32,000 nt of DNA from Methylophaga frappieri (GCF_000260965.1 NC_017856.1:510001-542000), one strand, 5' to 3'. Shown: positions 8,209 through 17,298, counted from the first letter of the stretch. Translations and numbers: made by a program. Notes: generated by a model from the sequence alone, not told the origin.

Positions 8209-10305
8209 TTAAAATCCACTTTCTCGAATTAAAACGGCCGCCACACGTTTGAATTGCTTAGGCAGCCATGCGCGGGCTTCACCTTGCACGGTGACATCGG
8301 CTAACCCCATTCGGGTTGAAACCGGCGGTTCGAGTAAACGGATTCTTACCCGAAATAATACCTGCTGCGGTTGGCGTTTATTTTTGCCGTGAACCACCGT
8401 ATTGATCGGCCCACCCGATGCGGCATCGAGCATCGGGTGCGGCAAAAGTGCTAAGGGTGATATATCAACCGATTCGACCACACCGTCAATAAAATATGGC
8501 ACTTGCTCTTTTAATTTAACCCGGGCCTTTGCCCCCACAATCACTCGCGCTATATCGTTTTCGGGCAGGTAGGCTTCGACTATCCAGGCGCTATTATCGG
8601 CGAGCACTGCCAATGGTTGATGTGATTTAACCCATACGCCGTTGGCCAAGTAAGGATCAATATCAAATAACTGGCCGCTAAAACTTGCTGTTAACACCAA
8701 CCGCTGTTGTTCTTGTTGATATAGTCGTGCCTCGGCCAAGTAATGGTCATAGCGAGACATTAAGCCTGTACGCCGCTGCTCGCCGTTACTAACGCCCATT
8801 AAACCATTGAGTTCATGCCACGTATGCTCAGCTAGAGTGCGTGCTTTCATTTCTGAATGCGCGAGATCAGGTGAGCGCAATACGAACAAGGTATCACCTT
8901 GAGTGACCTGATCAGTCGATGGCAATTGCTGCAACTGGCCTGCTAATGGCGAAAATATGATTTGTTGCCGTGCTGAGTGAACCCAGCCGATACTTGAAAT
9001 ACTGGTATGCCAAGGTATCATCGCTATCGCCAGTAAAACGATAAAAAAACCTAACCAACGCTTTTTCTTAATCACACTCATCTCGCTACGTCGCTGCCAC
9101 CAAACGGTCAACTCGGCCAATACCGGTCTGCCAATAAAGACAAAAAGCTCAATAATAAAAAGCGCGATACCTGCCAATTTAAAAAAGAAAAAATACACCA
9201 GCAATGCAATACCGATATAAACAAAAAAACGATAAACCCAGGTGAACAGTGCAAAAATAATCAGCCAAGGCCGCCAGTTTGGTTGCTCAGTGGCTGGCCA
9301 ATCATCTTCAATACCCAGTAATGCACGCCTTAACCAAACCTTAGCCATGGCGGCTGAGCGCTCATGAAGGTTAGGCATATCGAGTATATCAGCCAAAATA
9401 AAATAACCATCAAAGCGCAAAAAAGGGCTTACATTAATCAATAATGTAAGCACCCAACTGGTCGTGGCAAGATAAAACATCGCCTCGCGCACGGCACCAT
9501 TTGGAAGCAAACACCACGCTAGCGTAGCAATGATTGCCAAGCCGAGTTCGGCAATAATGCCCGCACTGGCGATCGCCATTCTCTGCTTAGAGTTTGATAG
9601 CTTCCAGCTTTCACTGGTATCGGTGTAGAGCATTGGGAACATCACCACCATGGCAACCCCCATATGTGCAACACGCACACCATAGCGAGTAGCCGTATAA
9701 GCGTGCGCTAGCTCGTGCAGCGCTTTAGCGATAACAAGGGCAATAGCAAAACCAACTAGGCTATCAAAACCCAGTTGATTTATTAGCGTTGCACTAAAAG
9801 TATCCCACTGACGACTAATTAAATAGCCGCCTAAAACAGCGAAAAAAACCAAACTAACCAACATCGCTTTTGAATAGAGCCAAGCAACATAAGGGTAGCT
9901 ATTTTTGAGTAAGCGTTGCGGCTTAATTAGCGGTATACGAAAAAAAAGATAGTGCTGCAACAACCACTGAAAGGTATTTTTTTTCTGCTGCTGTGCTCGC
10001 TGCTGCAAAGCATTAGCGGTTTTAGAGTTGCTGGCTTGAAGCAAATTATGCTGTTGTAAGAAAACAATTAAACTTTCAATATCAGCTTCGTCAACATGGA
10101 GTGCTGTCTGTTGGTTAATAGCGGCGATTATCGCCTCGGCTGGGCCTGTATTCCATCGAACTAGCAACTCAAAATCTAACCAGCCAATTCGATAAAAACG
10201 ATTAATAACTGGGTCTACTATCATCCATGCCGGCGAACCATCACTATTGGCCGCAGCGGGTAATAATTTTAGTTCTTCGCGCAACGCAGGCAGGTTTTCA
10301 ATCAC
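8209..10305 (-). CDS. Site-2-protease (peptidase M50) membrane domain fused to a C-terminal HlyD/membrane-fusion-protein-like periplasmic domain
   Basis: This is a 698-aa ORF. HELAH lies at aa 197-201 (nt 9703-9717) and the second S2P motif NVSPFLRFDG at aa 291-300 (nt 9406-9435). Multiple hydrophobic helices are present. The C-terminal third (SPLAGQLQQL...GDTLFVLRSPDL...coiled segment...AYLPENDIARV.VGAKARV) looks like an adaptor lipoyl/beta-barrel. Its start overlaps the upstream gene's stop by 4 nt (ATGA). Confidence 0.85.
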   Translation of the reverse strand: MIENLPALREELKLLPAAANSDGSPAWMIVDPVINRFYRIGWLDFELLVRWNTGPAEAIIAAINQQTALHVDEADIESLIVFLQQHNLLQASNSKTANALQQRAQQQKKNTFQWLLQHYLFFRIPLIKPQRLLKNSYPYVAWLYSKAMLVSLVFFAVLGGYLISRQWDTFSATLINQLGFDSLVGFAIALVIAKALHELAHAYTATRYGVRVAHMGVAMVVMFPMLYTDTSESWKLSNSKQRMAIASAGIIAELGLAIIATLAWCLLPNGAVREAMFYLATTSWVLTLLINVSPFLRFDGYFILADILDMPNLHERSAAMAKVWLRRALLGIEDDWPATEQPNWRPWLIIFALFTWVYRFFVYIGIALLVYFFFFKLAGIALFIIELFVFIGRPVLAELTVWWQRRSEMSVIKKKRWLGFFIVLLAIAMIPWHTSISSIGWVHSARQQIIFSPLAGQLQQLPSTDQVTQGDTLFVLRSPDLAHSEMKARTLAEHTWHELNGLMGVSNGEQRRTGLMSRYDHYLAEARLYQQEQQRLVLTASFSGQLFDIDPYLANGVWVKSHQPLAVLADNSAWIVEAYLPENDIARVIVGAKARVKLKEQVPYFIDGVVESVDISPLALLPHPMLDAASGGPINTVVHGKNKRQPQQVLFRVRIRLLEPPVSTRMGLADVTVQGEARAWLPKQFKRVAAVLIRESGF

Positions 10306-11726
10306 AACCCAGTGAACTCACGCACCGCAGCAATAGGCCGACGAAATAAATAATATCCCAATACTGTCCAGTCTGATGAAATCCGTGCTGTACCGCGAAG
10401 CCCCAAACGTGGCAAGTCTTTGCGCTCACTAAAATGACCAAATAGCGTATAAGCCGAAATACCTTCTGGGCTTTGGCTAGCCTGATAACTGGTCTGCAAT
10501 AAACTGGCATCTAAAGGTGATAAGGGCTGGGTATGCAAAAAGACGCGAATAGGAGCGCCGATATCTAAATTAATCGCATCGGCCACCGGTAGCCAAATTT
10601 CGATGCCCGCATCTTCGGCACTAGCCAACTGCATAATACGCTCACCAATTTGAACCGGCCGACCGATCCAGTCATTTTTGTCGGCAAAAATAGCTAAACC
10701 TTTACGATCAGCTTTTACCGTGACTCTCTGCAACAACAATTCAACAGCGCCAAGCTCGGCCTCTTTCTCTCTGACCCTGCCCAGCGCTGATGCCAATTCA
10801 GCTTTGCTGCTGTAATCATTAAACGCTTGTTGTTCAGCAACTAATGCATCGGCTCTTGCAATGACTAGGGCTTTTAGCGCGATATTTCTTCGGCTTTGTA
10901 AAGCGCTGTCATCCAGTGAAAATAGCGCATCGCCTACCTCAACTTCGGCATTAGGCTGCACATGAATTTTGCCAATAACACCATCTATAGGTGAAGCTAC
11001 GGCTTTGGCATTTAAGGCCACGACCTCGGCCGGGGCCAGTACCGATAAACGGATAGGGATAAACAACGCTAACACCATAGCCAATACAACCCAACGCAAA
11101 CGCCCAGATTGAATAAACTGACGCAGCTTGCGAGCTAGGTTATTTTCACGTTTGTTCATCGCGCGATAACAGTAAGCATAACAATCGTGTAAACGATGCA
11201 ATAAATCTAAATCTAATGGCGACCAAGTTTGCTCTCTAGCATACAGCACTAGCATGGCAACATTCTCATCAACATCGAGCACAGGGATAATCAGCAAATG
11301 TTCCGGTAACCACTCCAACCAGCCCGTCTGCAGATCTTCTCTGATGGATTCACTTTTAACCAACATAGATTGCGCTTGGTGATTGCTAATGTCTAAACTG
11401 GCAATCAACGACTGCAGCCAAATTGAAAAAGGGGAGTCTTCAACAATATTGGCTAAACCCGACGCCTGTCGCAGGCTAAATTGACCACTGATATTTTTGT
11501 CCATAATCAGTGACTGCCGAAACGGCGTAAGCATGTGAGTTTCATTTGCAATCACAAAGCATAATGCTTGGTTATCTTGCGCCGCCAAAGCGCGCTTTTC
11601 GAGATGTAACAAAACCGACAACTGAGTATGCTCGGCATTTTTTTTAGCTGTCGTGCGTGGGGGAGGCACAGGCTGATGAGTAGCGGCTTGTTTTTTTTCG
11701 GCTACTGGGGGTTTATTTGTATTCAT
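10302..11726 (-). CDS. HlyD-family periplasmic adaptor with a roughly 200-aa cytoplasmic N-terminal (GAF-like) domain and one TM anchor
   Basis: This is a 474-aa ORF. It has a TM segment (RLRWVVLAMVLALFIPIRLSVL, about aa 209-230), then ASPIDGVIGKIHVQPNAEVEVGDALFSLD (lipoyl-like), a coiled-coil hairpin, and GERIMQLASAEDAGIEIWLPVADA. All are typical of MFP/HlyD proteins. Confidence 0.85.
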   Translation of the reverse strand: MNTNKPPVAEKKQAATHQPVPPPRTTAKKNAEHTQLSVLLHLEKRALAAQDNQALCFVIANETHMLTPFRQSLIMDKNISGQFSLRQASGLANIVEDSPFSIWLQSLIASLDISNHQAQSMLVKSESIREDLQTGWLEWLPEHLLIIPVLDVDENVAMLVLYAREQTWSPLDLDLLHRLHDCYAYCYRAMNKRENNLARKLRQFIQSGRLRWVVLAMVLALFIPIRLSVLAPAEVVALNAKAVASPIDGVIGKIHVQPNAEVEVGDALFSLDDSALQSRRNIALKALVIARADALVAEQQAFNDYSSKAELASALGRVREKEAELGAVELLLQRVTVKADRKGLAIFADKNDWIGRPVQIGERIMQLASAEDAGIEIWLPVADAINLDIGAPIRVFLHTQPLSPLDASLLQTSYQASQSPEGISAYTLFGHFSERKDLPRLGLRGTARISSDWTVLGYYLFRRPIAAVREFTGL

Positions 11727-11795
11727 AAAAATAACTTTTTAGAAGCGCCACTGAGCAATCAATATAAGCCAAGATTAATATTATGCTTGGGGTAA

Positions 11796-12608
11796 TCACT
11801 CAGCGTTTAGATCAGCAAGCATTGCGGTACCACTCATGCCGGCTAGTAAGCCAGGATAATCCTCAATCATCCGACCTTCGATTTCAATTGTTTGGCTAAC
11901 CGAGTCAATACGGCTGTTGATAGCCACTATTCTAGCTCGGTAACGCTTGCCGGTTTCGTCGATGGTGACATTGAACAAATCGCCAACCTGCAGGGAGTTT
12001 ATTTTTTTTGAAGGTACATTAAGGCGGATTTTTAAGCGGCCATCCTTCACCAGTTCTAACAGCGGCTCCCCTGCCGCCACACTCATGTGGTTACTTACAA
12101 AGACTTTTGAAACCCTACCTCGCCAAGGTGATTTGACTTCGCAGTTTTTTATTTGCACGGCACTCAGCGCTAATTGCGCCCGTAATCTAGCGACTTCACT
12201 GGCTGCCAAAGCGACCTCGATGCTACTCGCCTGTTTTAAACCTTGCATTTTCACTTTGCCTTCGTGTGACTCTAGGGCCCCTGCCAACTCGGCCTGCACC
12301 ATATTGTTGCGAGCTATGGGCTCTTCACATGAAAATTTTAGCAGTAGTTTATCTTTATCGAACGAAGAACCCAACGAAACATTAAGCTGATTAATTTTAG
12401 CGGCCACCGAACTCGACAACACCGTTTCTTTTTCAGGTGCCAATAAAACTCTTATGGCAGCATGCCGATAATCAGTTTGCCGGGTCTGGCTGGTACTAGG
12501 GTAGTTATGAAGGGTTTGTAAAGCGGTTTTCCCAGCGAACTGGGCTTGTGCAAGTTGGGCGGTGAGCCCAACAAGCACTATTAAAAAACAACAAGAACGG
12601 TGTGTCAT
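11796..12608 (-). CDS. Short periplasmic adaptor (MFP/HlyD-like) with a cleavable signal peptide
   Basis: This is a 270-aa ORF. It has a signal-like N-terminus (MTHRSCCFLIVLVGLTAQLAQAQ). SSSVAAKINQLNVSLGSSFDKDKLLLKF and VKSPWRGRVSKVFVSNHMSVAAGEPLLEL are lipoyl half-motifs flanking a coiled coil. Its ATG directly follows the TAA of the TolC-like gene (12606-12611). Confidence 0.8.
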   Translation of the reverse strand: MTHRSCCFLIVLVGLTAQLAQAQFAGKTALQTLHNYPSTSQTRQTDYRHAAIRVLLAPEKETVLSSSVAAKINQLNVSLGSSFDKDKLLLKFSCEEPIARNNMVQAELAGALESHEGKVKMQGLKQASSIEVALAASEVARLRAQLALSAVQIKNCEVKSPWRGRVSKVFVSNHMSVAAGEPLLELVKDGRLKIRLNVPSKKINSLQVGDLFNVTIDETGKRYRARIVAINSRIDSVSQTIEIEGRMIEDYPGLLAGMSGTAMLADLNAE

Positions 12609-14513
12609 TTACATCTCCAACGGTTGAGCAGTAGGTAGCGATTGCGATAACCAGTTACGTGTTGACGATAAGCTAGCTGAAGCTGCAGCCAATAAACTTG
12701 CTTCATAAGTCGAAGCACGCGCATTTTGTGGCAAGGTCGTTTCATACTCCATGCTGTTGGATACTTCTTTGCTATCCATGGTTACTAACCATAAAGCTTT
12801 TTGCAAACCATTAGCATCGTTACGACTCAAACTAAACGTCAGTGGCGTCCCTGATGCTTGATTGACCTTAATATCATTTCTCTCGAGCATAGTGACCAAC
12901 TGCTCGGTCATGCTGTTTTTTAATACAGGGTCATCAATGCCTTGCACGCGAATGCTAACATCAGCTTGATGGCCAAATAGGTGCGACTTTAGGCTGAAAG
13001 AATTATTTTGCAACTGAGCCTGGTGTTCACTAATCAGTTCAGTCAATTGAGCCAAGTCTAAACCCTCGCCATCGTAGGGAAGTGGATCAAAACCTAATGT
13101 GTTATACAAACGACCAAAAGCAATTTGCAAATTAGCGTAAGCATTAGCACGTTGATAGTCACCTAACAGTGCTTTGGCTTCTGTTCGAATAACTTCAAGT
13201 TCGCTATCCATTTTTGAGCTTAACGCATCGCGAGCATATTGTGATAAACGATGATCAACCCCTGCGGCTTTATCGGCCAAATTAAATTCACTGGCTGCTA
13301 AACGGTAGCGCTCTATCGAAATGCGTACCTGAGTTAAAATCGCCATTGACAGTGCCATGCGGCGCGCAGTATCAGCTTTCTCTTGCTCTTCGCGAGAATC
13401 ATTCAACGAGGGGATGCTGGCTAATTTCATTAAATTCCACGACAACGAAATACCGCCCTGTGACCATTCATTGTTATAGAGGTATTTATTAGAGTCTTGA
13501 AAAAATCCGTAATTAAAGTTTATTGCAGGGAATAAACTTAAGATTTGTTTACGCGTTTCGTCAGCAGTAATGCGTTTTCTAAAATCTTCTTCACGTAATT
13601 CAGGGCGCTGTAATAACGCCATTTCTTCTAGTTGATTAATGTTGTCGGGGGCTGCTGGCAGTGCATGCTCTTTAGTATCAGCCAAACTAAAAGTAACGCC
13701 AGAGGGCACGTTCATTAAAGCGGCCAGCTCACTTTTTGCGTAGGCTAAATCTTGGCGACGCTTATTGAGCATGTAGGCAGCATCTAATAATGCGCGCTGA
13801 TAATTCAGTGCCGTTACAGGAGCAATAATTTGCTGCGACTCTGCTTCACGTGATTGTTCAAGCGCTCGGTCAATTCGCTCAATAGTGGCATTCACCTGCT
13901 GCTCTAAACGTTGCGCCCCTAGCGCACGCCAATACGATGCGCGAACATCTTGAAATAAACCTTGAACTACTTTTCTGCGGCGCTCTTCAGCAATTAAATA
14001 CTGATCGGCTTGTTGCCTTGCCCGATAATAAGAAACACCAAAGTCTAAACTATTCCAGCTGAATTCAATATTTTCAGTATGGTAGCTTTTCTCTTGCGAT
14101 GAAGAAGGACGCAGCGACTCTAGGCCATCTTCAATACCATAACTGGAGCCACCCGAATCATTATTGCGCCGACTATAACCTGCCGATGCCAAAACACGCG
14201 GCAGCATATCGAATTTTGATAGCTCATTTAAACCCAGAGCCAAGGCCGACTCCATATTTTTTAATCGATAATCCAAGTTATATTTCAACGCTCTAGCTAG
14301 TGCCTCGTCTAAAGTTATAGGCGCACTAATAGCCACTTGGTTCTCAAACATTTGCGCTGTATCGGCCGCTACTCTATCGCGAACTTCATCCTGCGTTGCC
14401 AACTGAGGCGAAACGGAGCACCCTCCCAAGACAAGGCAAAAGATCGGCGCATTAAAACGCCAAGCACGGGTTGCTGTCCCAGTAAAAAACAGTTTATTTA
14501 AAAGGGCTTTCAT
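12609..14513 (-). CDS. TolC/OprM-family outer-membrane factor (lipoprotein) with a C-terminal extension of about 150 aa
   Basis: This is a 634-aa ORF. A lipobox-like LVLGGCS lies near the N-terminus. Two OEP-type repeats with long coiled segments are present (LDEALARALKYNLDYR..., ...LLQRPELRE...). GGAG lies about 10 nt upstream of the ATG. The tail (about aa 485-634) goes beyond the usual OMF fold. Confidence 0.85.
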   Translation of the reverse strand: MKALLNKLFFTGTATRAWRFNAPIFCLVLGGCSVSPQLATQDEVRDRVAADTAQMFENQVAISAPITLDEALARALKYNLDYRLKNMESALALGLNELSKFDMLPRVLASAGYSRRNNDSGGSSYGIEDGLESLRPSSSQEKSYHTENIEFSWNSLDFGVSYYRARQQADQYLIAEERRRKVVQGLFQDVRASYWRALGAQRLEQQVNATIERIDRALEQSREAESQQIIAPVTALNYQRALLDAAYMLNKRRQDLAYAKSELAALMNVPSGVTFSLADTKEHALPAAPDNINQLEEMALLQRPELREEDFRKRITADETRKQILSLFPAINFNYGFFQDSNKYLYNNEWSQGGISLSWNLMKLASIPSLNDSREEQEKADTARRMALSMAILTQVRISIERYRLAASEFNLADKAAGVDHRLSQYARDALSSKMDSELEVIRTEAKALLGDYQRANAYANLQIAFGRLYNTLGFDPLPYDGEGLDLAQLTELISEHQAQLQNNSFSLKSHLFGHQADVSIRVQGIDDPVLKNSMTEQLVTMLERNDIKVNQASGTPLTFSLSRNDANGLQKALWLVTMDSKEVSNSMEYETTLPQNARASTYEASLLAAASASLSSTRNWLSQSLPTAQPLEM

Positions 14514-14589
14514 TACACACTTACTCCAAATTCACTGTTAATTATTATAAAAATAGTCATTACATTGTAACCATACAAACCAATACCGC

Positions 14590-17298
14590 TTAGGCTTTTT
14601 TGTAGTAGCTAATGGTATTTTCTGAACCGCTAGCCAACCTCGATGCTGCTGACTGTTTGAGCTGCTCACTAAAGCTACTCGCAGCGGTAATTTTTTCATC
14701 GCCTTGATCACCACCAAGCGCAATAACGATATCGGTATTGGCGATGTCTAAAACACTCGGTGAACTTTCAGCTGTTATTGTGCCCTGCAGCTCGATGGTG
14801 TCATCGTTAACTTGCTCGCTGCTGCTATTAGCCGCTATTTTTGTGGCCGATAATTCTGGTTTAGCAAAAGGGTCAAGTAAATGTTTAACGCCGGGCGATG
14901 CTGAATTAAATGAATCAACCAGACCATTGCGCGCCGCAGATTCAAGCTGCGATTGATTAACGGCTAACTGCACAAAAACAGCATGCGATGTAGGTAACGG
15001 AATTTGTCGGACTGACTGCTGCACATAAAGTGCGTTGTCGGGATAGCGATCAATACCCAGCGGAGAAAAGTCCTTGCCGCCTAATTCGCCTAAGCCATTA
15101 TCACCAGAGGCAAACGCTAGGCCGATATCTAAACCACCGAGTAGCTCTTTATAAGCAACAGAATCAATATCTAACAAATTCAAACCAGAGCTGAGTTGGA
15201 TTTCATTTCTGGCTTGTTGAACGCTCAATAACACATGCAGCGCAGGGTCAACCGGACGAATAGGGACTGTAAATACAGGTCTAAAGTTACCGTAATCACG
15301 AAATTCTCCATCCACCCGAGGCGCGGGTGTAATGTCAATTGAAACGGTTGCCGAAGCCGTACCACCTTGGCCGTCACTGATTTCATACTCAAAACTAAAG
15401 TCGCCAATAAAACCAAGGTCAGGGTAAAAAGTGATTACACCACTGGCGCTGATAACCACTTCACCATTAGGCACAGACAATGTTTGTGCCTGGCCTGCAA
15501 TGACCGGCTGGCCGGCAATACTAGAAACAACAAGCGTGTCGCCATCAACATCGGTGTCATTATCCAGTAAATTCAGCACAACACCGGCTGCACCGGCTGC
15601 ACCATCAACGCTATAGCTATCATCAGTTGCCACAGGGTTATCGTTGACAGGCAGTACTGTTATCGTAACCGTTGCTGTTTCAGTGATGCCATTAACAGTC
15701 GCCGTATAAGTGAAGCTATCGATGCCTTCAAAATTAACATCAGGCGTATAAGTAAAGGTACCATTTGGGTTTAACACCACGGTGCCATTTTGAGCTTGGG
15801 TAAACACTGAAACGGTGGCGACACCTTCAAAATTATCATTAGCCAGCACATCAAGCGTGACCGGCTGTTCTTCATTAGTGGTAGTAGCATCATCACTAAT
15901 ATCAACAACAGGTAGTACCGTTAGAGACAGCGAAGACACATGCGTTTCAATGCCATCAGTGATTTCAACACCGATAGCAATCGGCCCCGATGCAGAAGTA
16001 TTAAAATCGTCCGTGGGCGTGTAATCAACGGCTAATAAAGCCGCATTGATTTGAGCGGATGTACCCGTAATAACAACCGTATTAGTGCCGTTATCAGTAA
16101 TGGTTGCACCGCCCCCCGCGATCACATTAATAACACCAGCATTAGCAGGCAACGTTAACGTGGTGGTAAGGATCGCGTTGTCAGCATCCTGCACAGCAAT
16201 ACCATTGATCGTAAGGGGAGTATCTTCGGTTGCGATTTGCGGCGCAGGTAACGTACTCACTGCAATATCATTGAGGCCGGTGACAGTAATAGTGACCGTC
16301 ACCGGTGCACTTACACCGCCGTTGTTATCACTGGTTGTGTAAGTGAAGGTAACGTCACGGCTGCCACCCGGTGCCAAATCATCAAAATCGCCAGTCGGGT
16401 CAAAACTATAAGTACCATCTGGGTTGAATGTCAGAACACCTTCACCCACATTAGTCACTAATGCAAAACCATTAGGGTCAATGGTGCCGTCGATATCACT
16501 GCCAGCAGGCACGGCAGCATTAAGGACGGTGTCTTCGTCGGTAGTCTGAGCATCGCTAGCGGCAACCGGGTTATCATTTGTACCGTTAATGGTGATTTCT
16601 ATCGTGGTCGGCGTACCATCTACCGTGGTGACGTTAAATACTTCATTTATCGAGTCACCGACATCTAAACTGTCAAACGCGCTATTAGCCGTAAAAGTCC
16701 AAGCACCTGCAGCATTTAAAACTAGCTCGCCAGTGGGGCGTGTAATCGTCACTGGTGTAAACGTGTTGTCTGGACTATCAGGATCGGTGCTGGTGAGAGT
16801 GCCAGTAAAGACTAAGGGCGCATCGGTTTCGTCTAAGCTAACATCGGCGCTACTCACGGTTGCCGCATCATTAACCGGCGTTACTTCAACCGTGGTGTTC
16901 ACCACCGTTGAGGTCTGCTGACCATTGGCTGCAGCCTCTGAATTTTCATCGCGCACTGTCCAATTGATGGTGCGGTCTGCACTGCCCGGATTATCTGAGC
17001 TTGAGCTGTAATTCACAGTGCGCAATAACGATTGATATTCAGCTTTGGTGGCATTGCCGCTAATGGTGAGCGTGCCGGGCACCGAACTGTCTACCGTTAA
17101 ACCCAGTGAAGTTGCCAGTGCTGCATCCAGCGCTAATGTATCACCCGCTGAGAAACCGCTGGCTATGGTAATCACCGCTTGGTTTAAGTCAGCATCATCA
17201 ACATCGGCCAAGCTCAACGCGGGCTCTAATACCAACGCCGGATCATTTTCTATATAGGTGTGCGTGGTAGCTACACCGCTGACCACTGGGGTGGTCAT
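14590..17298 (-). CDS. Giant adhesin, fragment 5 (C-terminal 902 aa): end of the array, VCBS/cadherin-like modules, and a unique 242-aa non-RTX tail
   Basis: It continues the repeat (TPVVSGVATTHTYIEND...), followed by VNDAATV..., TNDNPVA..., LNDIAV... and VNDNPVATDD... modules. The tail runs from RVDGEFRDYGNF... to ...ISYYKKA. Confidence 0.85.
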   Translation of the reverse strand: MTTPVVSGVATTHTYIENDPALVLEPALSLADVDDADLNQAVITIASGFSAGDTLALDAALATSLGLTVDSSVPGTLTISGNATKAEYQSLLRTVNYSSSSDNPGSADRTINWTVRDENSEAAANGQQTSTVVNTTVEVTPVNDAATVSSADVSLDETDAPLVFTGTLTSTDPDSPDNTFTPVTITRPTGELVLNAAGAWTFTANSAFDSLDVGDSINEVFNVTTVDGTPTTIEITINGTNDNPVAASDAQTTDEDTVLNAAVPAGSDIDGTIDPNGFALVTNVGEGVLTFNPDGTYSFDPTGDFDDLAPGGSRDVTFTYTTSDNNGGVSAPVTVTITVTGLNDIAVSTLPAPQIATEDTPLTINGIAVQDADNAILTTTLTLPANAGVINVIAGGGATITDNGTNTVVITGTSAQINAALLAVDYTPTDDFNTSASGPIAIGVEITDGIETHVSSLSLTVLPVVDISDDATTTNEEQPVTLDVLANDNFEGVATVSVFTQAQNGTVVLNPNGTFTYTPDVNFEGIDSFTYTATVNGITETATVTITVLPVNDNPVATDDSYSVDGAAGAAGVVLNLLDNDTDVDGDTLVVSSIAGQPVIAGQAQTLSVPNGEVVISASGVITFYPDLGFIGDFSFEYEISDGQGGTASATVSIDITPAPRVDGEFRDYGNFRPVFTVPIRPVDPALHVLLSVQQARNEIQLSSGLNLLDIDSVAYKELLGGLDIGLAFASGDNGLGELGGKDFSPLGIDRYPDNALYVQQSVRQIPLPTSHAVFVQLAVNQSQLESAARNGLVDSFNSASPGVKHLLDPFAKPELSATKIAANSSSEQVNDDTIELQGTITAESSPSVLDIANTDIVIALGGDQGDEKITAASSFSEQLKQSAASRLASGSENTISYYKKA

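Noticed and set aside
7880-14590. Search for a hidden ABC transporter or other energising pump in the export operon, in alternative frames or on the opposite strand.
   Set aside because: The only extra ORFs are short antisense ones (11947..12390, 14099..14296, 10298..10510, 14538..14723). None has a Walker A/B or ABC signature. The four annotated genes fill the interval with gaps of 76 nt or less.
14593-15318. GGDQGD and GELGGKD in the adhesin tail considered as RTX calcium-binding nonapeptides.
   Set aside because: Neither fits GGxGxDxUx and they are isolated, not tandem.
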